From an uncultured Gammaproteobacteria bacterium (lineage in GTDB: Bacteria; Patescibacteriota; Patescibacteriia; Magasanikbacterales; UBA922): a stretch of DNA of 57,286 nt. How positions within the stretch are numbered: position 1 is the stretch's first letter; each line of letters starts with the position of its first letter. The notes below the pieces were generated by a model. That model saw nothing but the letters and a program-made list of their open reading frames with translations. It made no database searches and was not told the DNA's origin. Location: positions 1 to 57,286 of the forward strand of contig CAYJXK010000002.1 in assembly GCA_964374115.1 (NCBI GenBank), given 5' to 3'. Of this stretch, positions 17,009 through 25,709 are shown piece after piece. Position numbers and translations under genes: made by a program.

Positions 17009-18771
17009 ACAGATTTCTTTAAATCTACTATCGTCATTTGCAACTCACGATTTCCATTCCATTCGTTGATACCGATTTCAAAGACGACATCAAGGAAAGT
17101 GCCTGGCGTCAACTCCTGACACCAGTTGGTTCCCTTCGTGGTGCATAAATTCCAGCCCATCATTTTTTTTGTTTGATTCCCCGTATGACGCACCATGAGA
17201 CGAAGATGTTTTTCATCTTGACCTACTCCTTCTTTCCCAACTACGGTGATTCCTTTCGCCACATATTTTGGTTTTGGATTTCCTTGTCCAAATGGCTCGA
17301 ATTTTTCGAGGATATCATAGAGTTCCCATGTCACATCTTCGAGCGTGAGTTCACAATCAATGGAAAGAGTGGGAGAGACGTCTTTGCCACTCGTTTTTTC
17401 TAAAAATTTTTGATTGATCTTCTCTGTACACTCTTTCAGATGATCTTCTGAGGCGAACGTGAATCCGCATGCCATAGGATGGCCGCCAAATTTGGCAAAA
17501 CATTCAGAAATTTCCTGTAACGTTTCGATCATATTAAATTCCTCGATACTTCGGCCTGACCCCATGAGATTCCCGTTATTTTTGGTAACAACAAGCGCAG
17601 GTTTTTGAAATTTTTCTTTGAGTTTACTTGCGATGAGACCCACAATCCCCACTGGCCATTCTTCGTGAAAGGCGACGAGGACAGGAGGTTTTTCATCCAT
17701 ACGCTCAATCTGGTTCACCGCTTCTGCCACACAGTGCTCTACAAGCTTTTGACGTTCCTGATTATTATCGTTGAGGGCACATGCGAGGGATGCTGCTTCT
17801 TCTGGGTCTTTGGTTGTCAGAAGTTCATAGGCCACGCTTGCGTGATCCATGCGTCCTGCGGCATTGATCCGCGGCGCAATCTGGAATCCAATGGTATCGG
17901 CATCAATGGTTCGTTTTTTTGTTCCGTTCTCCTGCGTAATTCGCGCTTCAAGAAGGAGTTTTTGTAAGCCGATACGTCTGGTTTTATTCAGCACAATGAG
18001 TCCGTATTTTGTGAGTGTTCGAGATTCCCCGAGAAGTGGCACCATATCAGCCACACTTGAAATCGCGACCATGTCCAGTGACCATTTTTCGAGTGATTCA
18101 TGCGCTTCCCCACTTCCGAGAACAGGATGAGTTTGCTTGTGGCGTCGGAGCACTGCTTGGAGTAGTTTGAATGCCACCCCTCCTCCGGAAAGGCCTTTGT
18201 CTGGGTATGTTTCCCCTTCGATTTTTGGATGGATGATGGCAAAGGCCGGGGGAAGGATTGCGGGAATAGCATGATGATCGGTGATAATCACATCAATGTC
18301 TTTTTTATTCGCAAGCATCACTTCTTCCCGATTGCTAATTCCGCAATCGCAAGTGATAATAATGCGAGTTCCCTGAGCCGCAAGAGATTGAACAGTATAT
18401 TTGTTCAGACCATATCCATCGGTCTCCCGATGAGGCAGAAAGACATTCACGTGCGGATATTCAAGAGCATGAAAAAGATTGGCAAGAATCACAGAGGCAG
18501 ATACGCCATCCGCGTCGTAGTCGCCATGAATCGTGATCTGTTCTTTCTTTTCCATTGCCACAAAAAGCCGATCCACGGCTTTTTGCATATCTTGAAAAAG
18601 ATATGGGTCATGGATATCTTCGCCATATTCTGGGTGCAAAAATTCATCAATCGCTTTTTGCGTTTGAATTCCTCGATGAAATAGGAGTGTTGCCACAATG
18701 TCAGGAAGCTCTGGATGTTCTTCGTAAAATGATTTGGGTGGATCGGGTATGAGCTGCCATTGCTTTTTCAT
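17005..18771 (-). CDS. recJ: Single-stranded-DNA-specific exonuclease RecJ
   Basis: DHH motifs (HGDYDADGVS, ITCDCG, ITDHH) and the DHHA1 motif (GGHPMACG). Confidence 0.94.
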   Translation of the reverse strand: MKKQWQLIPDPPKSFYEEHPELPDIVATLLFHRGIQTQKAIDEFLHPEYGEDIHDPYLFQDMQKAVDRLFVAMEKKEQITIHGDYDADGVSASVILANLFHALEYPHVNVFLPHRETDGYGLNKYTVQSLAAQGTRIIITCDCGISNREEVMLANKKDIDVIITDHHAIPAILPPAFAIIHPKIEGETYPDKGLSGGGVAFKLLQAVLRRHKQTHPVLGSGEAHESLEKWSLDMVAISSVADMVPLLGESRTLTKYGLIVLNKTRRIGLQKLLLEARITQENGTKKRTIDADTIGFQIAPRINAAGRMDHASVAYELLTTKDPEEAASLACALNDNNQERQKLVEHCVAEAVNQIERMDEKPPVLVAFHEEWPVGIVGLIASKLKEKFQKPALVVTKNNGNLMGSGRSIEEFNMIETLQEISECFAKFGGHPMACGFTFASEDHLKECTEKINQKFLEKTSGKDVSPTLSIDCELTLEDVTWELYDILEKFEPFGQGNPKPKYVAKGITVVGKEGVGQDEKHLRLMVRHTGNQTKKMMGWNLCTTKGTNWCQELTPGTFLDVVFEIGINEWNGNRELQMTIVDLKKSV

Positions 18772-18784
18772 ACAACTGTATTGT

Positions 18785-18886
18785 TCAAAAAAACGCCGGC
18801 AACACCGTAAAGAAGAGCATCGAGAAAATAGCGATAACCGAGATGATAATCCAAAGGATTTTTAGCGCTTTGTCTTTTGGTTTCAT
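18785..18886 (-). CDS. Possible 33-aa single-TM peptide
   Basis: Hand translation gives MKPKDKALKILWIIISVIAIFSMLFFTVLPAFF*. It lies between lepA and recJ on the same strand. No RBS and no family recognised. Confidence 0.3.
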   Translation of the reverse strand: MKPKDKALKILWIIISVIAIFSMLFFTVLPAFF

Positions 18887-18900
18887 ATAAAAATATAAAT

Positions 18901-19077
18901 GAACTCATAGCGAGTTTCTGTGTCTCTCGCGCTTTCCCAAGCGCCATTCAGTCACTTTTTCTTTGCCCGCAACTCTGTGGGTTATATCTGACCGTATGGC
19001 GGGGTCGAGAGCGGGTTTTGGAGACAAAGAAAAAGTGATGGGATGGCGCGAGAGGAAAAAACCTAGCTCATGAGTTC
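18901..19077 (-). repeat. Family B element, full-length long form (177 bp)
   Basis: Termini are GAACTCATAGCGAG... and ...CTAGCTCATGAGTTC. The internal arms GCGCCATTCAGTCACTTTTTCTTTG / CAAAGAAAAAGTGATGGGATGGCGC enclose a ~55-nt GC-rich core. Confidence 0.85.
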
Positions 19078-19091
19078 TATAGTAAATTGGA

Positions 19092-20951
19092 TTATCTTTT
19101 GAGAACTGCCAAATAGGCCTCTGTCGGAATTTCAACTTTTCCTTTTCCCAGTTCTTTCATCTTTTTCTTTCCTTTTTTTTGTTTTTCCAGCAGTTTTCTT
19201 TTTCTAGTCACGTCTCCGCCATAGAGCTTCGCGGTCACATCTTTCCGAAGAGCCGAGAGCCGTTCTGCCGCGACGATTTTCCCTCCGATGGCTGCTTGAA
19301 TTTTTATTTCAAACTGTTGCCTCGGGAGCGTCTCTTTGAGAGATGCAACAATCTTTTTCCCAACCTGATACGCCTGATCTCGCCAGACCAGGCTTGCGAG
19401 TGATTCTACTGCCTCTTCTGCGATGAGAATATCGAGGCGCACGACGTCGGTATTTCGATATTCCTTTAATTCATAATTCAAAGAAGCATAGCCACTCGTT
19501 GCCGTTTTGAGTTTATCATAAAAGTCTGTGATGAGCGAGGCAAGCGGCATCTCATAGTGGAGGAGCGCGCGTTGATCCGGACCGGTACTCAAATAATCGG
19601 TATTGAGATAGGCGCCTTTTCGATCGGACACAAGAGTCATCACCCCACCCATAAACGTTTTTGGGACGATAATATCCACATTCATCCATGGTTCTTCCAT
19701 ACGTTCGATATGTTCGATTCGAGGTAAATCCTGAGGACTTTTTACCATCATGATGTGTTTATTTGTCCCATACACCCGATAGGCCACACTTGGGACTGTT
19801 GCAATAATATGAATGGCGAATTCTCTTTTGAGTCGCTCTTGGAATATGTCGAGGTGTAGCATGCCTAAGAACCCACAACGAAAACCAAATCCCAGGGCTT
19901 GCGATTGTTCTGGTTCATACGAGAGCGCGGCATCATTGAGTTTCAATTTTTCCATGGCGTCGCGAAGTTCTGTGTATGCGTCTCCCTCTTGGGGGAAAAT
20001 GCCGGCAAACACCATGGGTTTCACTTCTTTATAGCCGGGTAGCGGTTTTCCTTTTTCATCTGCATGCGCCGCGGTTGTGATCGTGTCTCCTACCCGCACT
20101 TCTCCGAGTTCTTTCAGCCCTGTGACGACATATCCAATCTGTCCGTTCTCAAGAGATGGATCAGAGACCAGAGTAGGGGAGTAATGGCCAGTTTCGAGGG
20201 CTTGGCCTCGCGCAAGGGTCCCCATACAAAGAATGTTTTGGCCTTTTTTCAGAGATCCATCCACCACACGAACCGATGCGACCACACCGCGATAATCATC
20301 ATAAAACGAGTCAAAAATAAGAGCACGCAGTGGTTTTGATTGGTTTGGAAGAGGAGATGGAACGCGGGTAATGACCGCCTCAAGGAGTTCAAGAATTCCC
20401 TCCCCTGTTTTTCCAGAGACACGGAGAATTTCTTTTTTTGCGCATCCCAGAAGATGAATGATTTCTTCTTCTGTTTTTTGAATTTCAGCGTTGGGCAGAT
20501 CAATTTTATTCATGACTGGAATGATGGTGAGTCCTTGGTCGATCGCAAGATAGAGATTCGCAATGGTTTGAGCCTGGACACCCTGGCTTGCATCAACCAA
20601 AAGAATAGCACCCTCTACAGCAGCGAGCGATCGTGAGACTTCATAGGTAAAGTCCACGTGTCCGGGTGTATCGATCAAATTGAGTTCATAGTTCACAATT
20701 TCTGCCAGAGGCGAACCCGCCTTTGGCGGGCGCAGTTCGGAGTTTGTTGATTGAAGTTGATAATGCATTCTGACCGGTTGCAACTTAATCGTAATTCCTC
20801 GCTCTTGCTCGAGTTCCATCTGGTCGAGCAGTTGCGCGCGCATATTTCTTTTTTCTATTGTTCCTGTCATTTCAAGAAAGCGATCCGCAAGTGTGGATTT
20901 TCCATGATCAATATGGGCAATGATGCAAAAATTTCGGATGGATTGGTTCAT
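19092..20951 (-). CDS. lepA: Elongation factor 4 (LepA)
   Basis: IRNFCIIAHIDHGKST, DTPGHVDF, NKID and the LepA C-terminal domain. The start was set at MNQSIRNF, which gives an ATGA overlap with the murJ stop. Confidence 0.95.
   Translation of the reverse strand: MNQSIRNFCIIAHIDHGKSTLADRFLEMTGTIEKRNMRAQLLDQMELEQERGITIKLQPVRMHYQLQSTNSELRPPKAGSPLAEIVNYELNLIDTPGHVDFTYEVSRSLAAVEGAILLVDASQGVQAQTIANLYLAIDQGLTIIPVMNKIDLPNAEIQKTEEEIIHLLGCAKKEILRVSGKTGEGILELLEAVITRVPSPLPNQSKPLRALIFDSFYDDYRGVVASVRVVDGSLKKGQNILCMGTLARGQALETGHYSPTLVSDPSLENGQIGYVVTGLKELGEVRVGDTITTAAHADEKGKPLPGYKEVKPMVFAGIFPQEGDAYTELRDAMEKLKLNDAALSYEPEQSQALGFGFRCGFLGMLHLDIFQERLKREFAIHIIATVPSVAYRVYGTNKHIMMVKSPQDLPRIEHIERMEEPWMNVDIIVPKTFMGGVMTLVSDRKGAYLNTDYLSTGPDQRALLHYEMPLASLITDFYDKLKTATSGYASLNYELKEYRNTDVVRLDILIAEEAVESLASLVWRDQAYQVGKKIVASLKETLPRQQFEIKIQAAIGGKIVAAERLSALRKDVTAKLYGGDVTRKRKLLEKQKKGKKKMKELGKGKVEIPTEAYLAVLKR
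20716..20744 (-). repeat. Two heptamers (AACTCCG|AACTGCG) plus the palindrome CCCGCCAAAGGCGGG, inside lepA
   Basis: The coding strand reads AACTCCGAACTGCGCCCGCCAAAGGCGGG, translated as NSELRPPKAG. The palindrome core is the same as at 5929-5941 in mnmA. Confidence 0.7.
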
Positions 20952-22558
20952 AAAATTTCTTCTGGGGCAGACGCGTGAACATCTCGGAGTTTTGTCCATC
21001 GTCTCTTGAGAGACTGCGAGAAATCACGGAGTTCCTGGAGTTGTAAGCAATAGCTTACGATACCATAGACAAAAAGTCCAGAAAGAACTGTCACAGATGT
21101 CTGGGTAAAAACTCCCCAAAGCCGGGTCATGTCTACCAGGCGAGCCAGAGGCTCTTTGAGCAGTTCAATCGTAAGCCCCATTGCGAGGCTCGCGATAGAT
21201 ATTTTGTAGAGAAATGGCACAAGAGTGGCTTCATTCAATGTCCCGAGATATCGTCTGAGGCTCATCCAGAGAAGGGTGAGCTGGACGACCATGGCAAGAG
21301 AATAGGCGAACGCAAGGCCTGCGATCCCGAAATGATCTTTGAGATACCATCCAAGCACAATATTGAGCGCAAAACTTATCGTACTCATAAGAAATGGGAT
21401 GAATGTATTTTCCATAGCATAAAACACTCGCGTGAGAAGGGGGATGAGACATTGAGCAAACAGTGATAATACAAAAAACGCAAGAGTATCCGAGGTTCGA
21501 ATCGTTGCGTCCCAATCAAAGGCCCCACTGCCAAGGAAAATCCGTACGATTCTCGCACGGAGAAGTAAGAGAATAATCATGGCCGGGATAATCAGAAAAA
21601 GAACGGATCGGATCGTCTGAGAGATTGAAATACGCATTTCTTCTACTTTTTTTTCTGCATAGAGCGTGGAGAACAAGGGAAACGCTGCAAGCGCGAATGG
21701 GATCCCAATAATGCCCACAGGCGCGTATTGCAGATTATCAGCAAGATGAAAGACGGTAATACTTCCTTCTCCGATACGGGAAGCAAAAAAAATCATTGCG
21801 AGCCAGTTTAATTGATGCGCAGCGAGTCCGAGAGTCCGTGGGATCATCAGTTTTCCAATCATGCGTACGGATGGATCTTGGTGATTCCAACAAAATCGGA
21901 ATCGGAATCCTTTTTTGAGAAGGGCTGGGATCTGCACGACAAAGTGAAGCGCTGCGCCGATCACCACTCCGAACGCTAATCCAATTTCGCCCCAAAGGGG
22001 ATAGAAAAAGAGCACTCCTACTATAATTCCAAGATTGTAGACAATGGGAGTAATCGCATACGTGACAAAATATCGAAGAGATTGGAGAACGCCACTTGTC
22101 ACACTGCTCAGTCCCAAGAATACGGGACTGAGGAGCATGATCCTGGTGAGCGTGATGGTCCTCTCCTGCAATGCCGCATCAAATCCAGGAACCATGAGGG
22201 GAATAAGGAACGGGATACAAAAAAATAACAGAACAGAAAAAACGAGCAAGATAATAGAGAGAATACTCATGATCTCGCGGGTCAGTTGCCATGCTTGCTC
22301 TTTGTTTTTGGTGTAAAGCGAAGTAAATATAGGGATGAATCCGGCAGACAGCGCGCCAATAACCACAAGATAAAACAAGAAATCTGGAATCCGAAACGCA
22401 GCATAGTAGACATCGAGGGTGGCGCTTGCTCCAAAGACATGCGCAAAAAGGCGATCACGGATAATTCCAATAATACGGCTCAACAAAGACGCTGCCCCAA
22501 GAATGATGGCAGCGCTTGCAATGGTGCTCGTTTGTGTCTGGAACAGACGACGGATCAT
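20948..22558 (-). CDS. murJ: Lipid II flippase MurJ
   Basis: About 536 aa, multi-TM, with a MurJ/MviN N-terminus (SRIIGIIRDRLFAHVFGAS...DVYYAAFRIPD). Confidence 0.92.
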   Translation of the reverse strand: MIRRLFQTQTSTIASAAIILGAASLLSRIIGIIRDRLFAHVFGASATLDVYYAAFRIPDFLFYLVVIGALSAGFIPIFTSLYTKNKEQAWQLTREIMSILSIILLVFSVLLFFCIPFLIPLMVPGFDAALQERTITLTRIMLLSPVFLGLSSVTSGVLQSLRYFVTYAITPIVYNLGIIVGVLFFYPLWGEIGLAFGVVIGAALHFVVQIPALLKKGFRFRFCWNHQDPSVRMIGKLMIPRTLGLAAHQLNWLAMIFFASRIGEGSITVFHLADNLQYAPVGIIGIPFALAAFPLFSTLYAEKKVEEMRISISQTIRSVLFLIIPAMIILLLLRARIVRIFLGSGAFDWDATIRTSDTLAFFVLSLFAQCLIPLLTRVFYAMENTFIPFLMSTISFALNIVLGWYLKDHFGIAGLAFAYSLAMVVQLTLLWMSLRRYLGTLNEATLVPFLYKISIASLAMGLTIELLKEPLARLVDMTRLWGVFTQTSVTVLSGLFVYGIVSYCLQLQELRDFSQSLKRRWTKLRDVHASAPEEIL

Positions 22559-22567
22559 ATCTTAATA

Positions 22568-22628
22568 GAACTTCATGAGCTAGGTTTTTTCCTTTCGCGC
22601 GAGAGACACGGAAACTCGCTATGAGTTC
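22568..22628 (+). repeat. Family B element, short form (61 bp)
   Basis: GAACTTCATGAGCTAGGTTTTTTCCTTTCGCGCGAGAGACACGGAAACTCGCTATGAGTTC. Its right end overlaps the corA stop codon. Confidence 0.85.
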
Positions 22629-23568
22629 AGAGCCATCGTTTTCGTTTCAAACGATATATGATCACAGCGATGATACCGGACAGGACAGCAAACATGGCCC
22701 ATACCCAAATAGGATTTTCCACAAAAGGGAGACCGCGGATATTCATGCCATAAATACTTGAGAGCACGGAAAATGGCAGAAGGGAAACGGAAATGACTGT
22801 GAGGGTAGACACCGTTTTGTTGATTCTTCGATTGATAAGAGACTCGACCGTGGTATGGAGTCCATTCAGCGTATCTTTGTATGTGTCCACAATCGTCCAA
22901 ATTTTGTTCAAATAATCATTGAGATCATCAAAATACAGACTCGTTTCCTCATTGAGGAATGGTTTGTGGATGTGAGTGATCGTGCTCACAAGATACCGTT
23001 GGGGGTCAATCACCCGTCGAAAATTCACCACGTTTCTGCGATGACGAGCGAGCTCGTAAATGATGCCTGTGTCTGGTTCACTCCCAAAGATTTCTTGTTC
23101 CAAAAGAATAATTTTTTTTCCAATATTATTCAAAATAGGTTGAGAATGTCGAAATAATGCTTCGATAATTCTGTAGAGAAGATATCCAGACGATTGCTCC
23201 ATCCAATCCTGCTTTACGCTTCTATTTTTCATGCAGCGATAAAAAAAATTTTTCATTTCTTTGGATTTTTCATTTTGGATGGTCACGAGGTATCCTTCTC
23301 CCAGAAAAATATCCACTTCATGATGAACAACGGTGCGGTCGTGCGCCTGCCACTGGGGAAATTGGAGAATGACAAAAAGGTAATTTTTGTATACATCCAC
23401 CTTGGGAATGTGGCTTTCTCCCTGCACATCTTCGAGATCCAGGTGATGAAATGAAAAGTTCTGACGCAGATAAGTGACTGCCGTCTCGTCCACATGATCA
23501 ATGTTGATCCATTTGAGTCGTGCTGACTCGATAATTTTGATGGCCATATAGGTTTTTCGATATTGCAA
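22627..23568 (-). CDS. corA: Magnesium/cobalt transporter CorA
   Basis: The YGMNIRGLP (GMN) motif followed by the C-terminal TM pair. Confidence 0.93.
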   Translation of the reverse strand: MQYRKTYMAIKIIESARLKWINIDHVDETAVTYLRQNFSFHHLDLEDVQGESHIPKVDVYKNYLFVILQFPQWQAHDRTVVHHEVDIFLGEGYLVTIQNEKSKEMKNFFYRCMKNRSVKQDWMEQSSGYLLYRIIEALFRHSQPILNNIGKKIILLEQEIFGSEPDTGIIYELARHRRNVVNFRRVIDPQRYLVSTITHIHKPFLNEETSLYFDDLNDYLNKIWTIVDTYKDTLNGLHTTVESLINRRINKTVSTLTVISVSLLPFSVLSSIYGMNIRGLPFVENPIWVWAMFAVLSGIIAVIIYRLKRKRWL

Positions 23569-23604
23569 AGAAATGATCTATCAATGTGTATGATACAAAG
23601 GTAT

Positions 23605-24249
23605 TCATGTTCGAGGAACGGCAACGATAAGAATCATCATGTCTGTGCCTGTTTTTTCTTTTTGATCTTGAATGATGAGTGTGCCATTCACTTGATCTTT
23701 GGAAAAACGCAGAGCGGCAGTGTTGTCTGTATCCGTATTTTCCTCTAGAGAGAAATCCTGCTTTTTCAAATTCGTTCGAAAAAATTCAGATAAAAATCGT
23801 GGTTCCGCGCTGAGCGCCTGCCATTCGATGATAAGAATATCGCGATCATCAACATATTTTTGATATAAAAACTCCACATTTTTCCATCCGCCCGGAGCAT
23901 CTTCAAGTGGGTACTGCTCCCATACGTACGCCATGGGTTTCAAAATAATCCGGGGGATAAATAATGCCACTTCCACACTTTTTTTTCTTTGTTTGCCTGA
24001 AATGTATGTGACACGGGAAATCGTATCTTTGTCGTAGAGCGGAATATCCGGAAACCATTCGGGGACCTGCTTTAGTTTTTTTGGTTTCGCGATCAAGAAA
24101 TGCTGTAATGTAAACCCTACGATACAAAGCAGGATAAGGATCGTCACGCACCCTGTAACACACCCTCGTCCTAATCGGGAACGGGTTTTCTTCATTTCTT
24201 CAATCGGTGGTTCTTGAATTTCGACATGATCTTCGTATGGTCGTTGCAT
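23605..24249 (-). CDS. Hypothetical membrane-anchored protein
   Basis: One TM segment (VTILILLCIVGFTL) and then a ~150-aa extracytoplasmic domain. The start was set at MQRPYEDH to avoid a 30-nt divergent overlap. Confidence 0.6.
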   Translation of the reverse strand: MQRPYEDHVEIQEPPIEEMKKTRSRLGRGCVTGCVTILILLCIVGFTLQHFLIAKPKKLKQVPEWFPDIPLYDKDTISRVTYISGKQRKKSVEVALFIPRIILKPMAYVWEQYPLEDAPGGWKNVEFLYQKYVDDRDILIIEWQALSAEPRFLSEFFRTNLKKQDFSLEENTDTDNTAALRFSKDQVNGTLIIQDQKEKTGTDMMILIVAVPRT

Positions 24250-24312
24250 AGGGAGTGCAGATAGTATATCATAGTCGGTGGAGGAAGTACATCTTTTAGA
24301 ATTTTTATCCGT

Positions 24313-25665
24313 ATGCATCTCACATTCTATGGAGCCGCGCATGAAGTGACTGGATCATGTCATCTTCTTGACACAGGACAGACCAGGGTCCTCTTTGATT
24401 GTGGCATGTTCCAGGGCACTGATTTCAATGAAGCGCGTAATTTTGATCCATTTGGATTTGACCCAAAGACGATTGATGCGGTTCTCGTGTCTCATGCGCA
24501 CCTCGATCATGTGGGTCGTATCCCCAAATTGCTGCGAGAAGGGTTCAAAGGAAAGATATGGATGACCAAAGGAACCCGAGAGCTGGCGCGACTTGTGTGG
24601 GAAGACGCGCACAATGTGATGGCCGCTGATCACGAGAAATTTCAGTCGCCGATTCTATTCACTCCCGGAGATATCGCCGAGGCCTATATCCGCTCTACAG
24701 GCATCGAATATGAATTTCCCATACAAATCGCCCCGGATATCACAGCGATCTGGCATGATGTGGGGCATATTTTGGGATCAGCGTTTATTGAAGTTCGCGC
24801 TCTGGGAAAGACGATTGTGTTTTCAGGCGATGTAGGCAATGATCATGTGCCTATTCTCAAAGATACCTCACGTTTGCCCGCGGCAGACATTCTTCTCATT
24901 GAATCTACCTATGGGGATCGAGAGCATGAAACCGAAGGAACGCGTCGGGATATGTTATTAAAACTCCTAACAGAGGGTGTGCAAAAAGGAGGAACGATTA
25001 TGATTCCGTCTTTTTCGATTGAACGCACACAAGAGCTTTTGTACGAAATGCACACCTTGAGCGAACATGATCATCGACTTCCCAAAGTGCCCATTTTTCT
25101 CGATAGTCCGCTTGCGATTAATGCCACCAACGTATTCAAACAATATCCGCAATATTATGACAAAGAAGCCGCGAGCGCGTATATGCTTCATGATGATTTC
25201 CTTAGTTTCCCGACCTTGCACATTGCGTATACTCAAGATGAATCCAAAGCAATCAATATGGTGAAAGGCGCAAAAATTGTGATTGCTGGCGCGGGCATGA
25301 TGAATGGTGGACGTATTTTGCATCATGCGCGCCGATATGTGAGTGATCCACGATCCACGCTTATTATTGTTGGCTATCAAGCCACAGGCACACTTGGTCG
25401 GCGATTATACGAAGGCGCACAGCATGTCACGATTTTTGGAGAAGAGATCCCTGTGCGGTGCCGGGTGAAAGCGATTGGGGCGCTCTCTGCCCATGCAGAT
25501 CAACACAAACTTTTGGCATGGATCCGAGAAGCAAAAGGATTGCCAAAAACCGTATATTGTATTCATGGAGAACCGCACGCGGCAACGGAACTGGCTCACC
25601 GTATCCGAGAACGTTTTTCTATCAATGCCTTCGTTCCAGAATATGGTGAAACAGTAGAAATGTAG
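24313..25665 (+). CDS. MBL-fold beta-CASP hydrolase (RNA-metabolising, CPSF73/RNase J-like)
   Basis: HAHLDHVGRIP (HxHxDH), ESTYGDREH, and C-terminal beta-CASP His motifs (SAHAD, IHGE). Confidence 0.88.
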   Translation: MHLTFYGAAHEVTGSCHLLDTGQTRVLFDCGMFQGTDFNEARNFDPFGFDPKTIDAVLVSHAHLDHVGRIPKLLREGFKGKIWMTKGTRELARLVWEDAHNVMAADHEKFQSPILFTPGDIAEAYIRSTGIEYEFPIQIAPDITAIWHDVGHILGSAFIEVRALGKTIVFSGDVGNDHVPILKDTSRLPAADILLIESTYGDREHETEGTRRDMLLKLLTEGVQKGGTIMIPSFSIERTQELLYEMHTLSEHDHRLPKVPIFLDSPLAINATNVFKQYPQYYDKEAASAYMLHDDFLSFPTLHIAYTQDESKAINMVKGAKIVIAGAGMMNGGRILHHARRYVSDPRSTLIIVGYQATGTLGRRLYEGAQHVTIFGEEIPVRCRVKAIGALSAHADQHKLLAWIREAKGLPKTVYCIHGEPHAATELAHRIRERFSINAFVPEYGETVEM

Positions 25666-25706
25666 CGGACGGAGTGATCTGCCATCGGCAAATGACCCCG
25701 TCCGCT
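25664..25706. terminator. Hairpin between convergent genes (9-bp stem AGCGGACGG/CCGTCCGCT)
   Basis: The inverted repeat is read directly. The loop is 25 nt and contains an inner TGCC/GGCA stem. No clear U-tract. Confidence 0.4.
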
Positions 25707-25709
25707 GTG

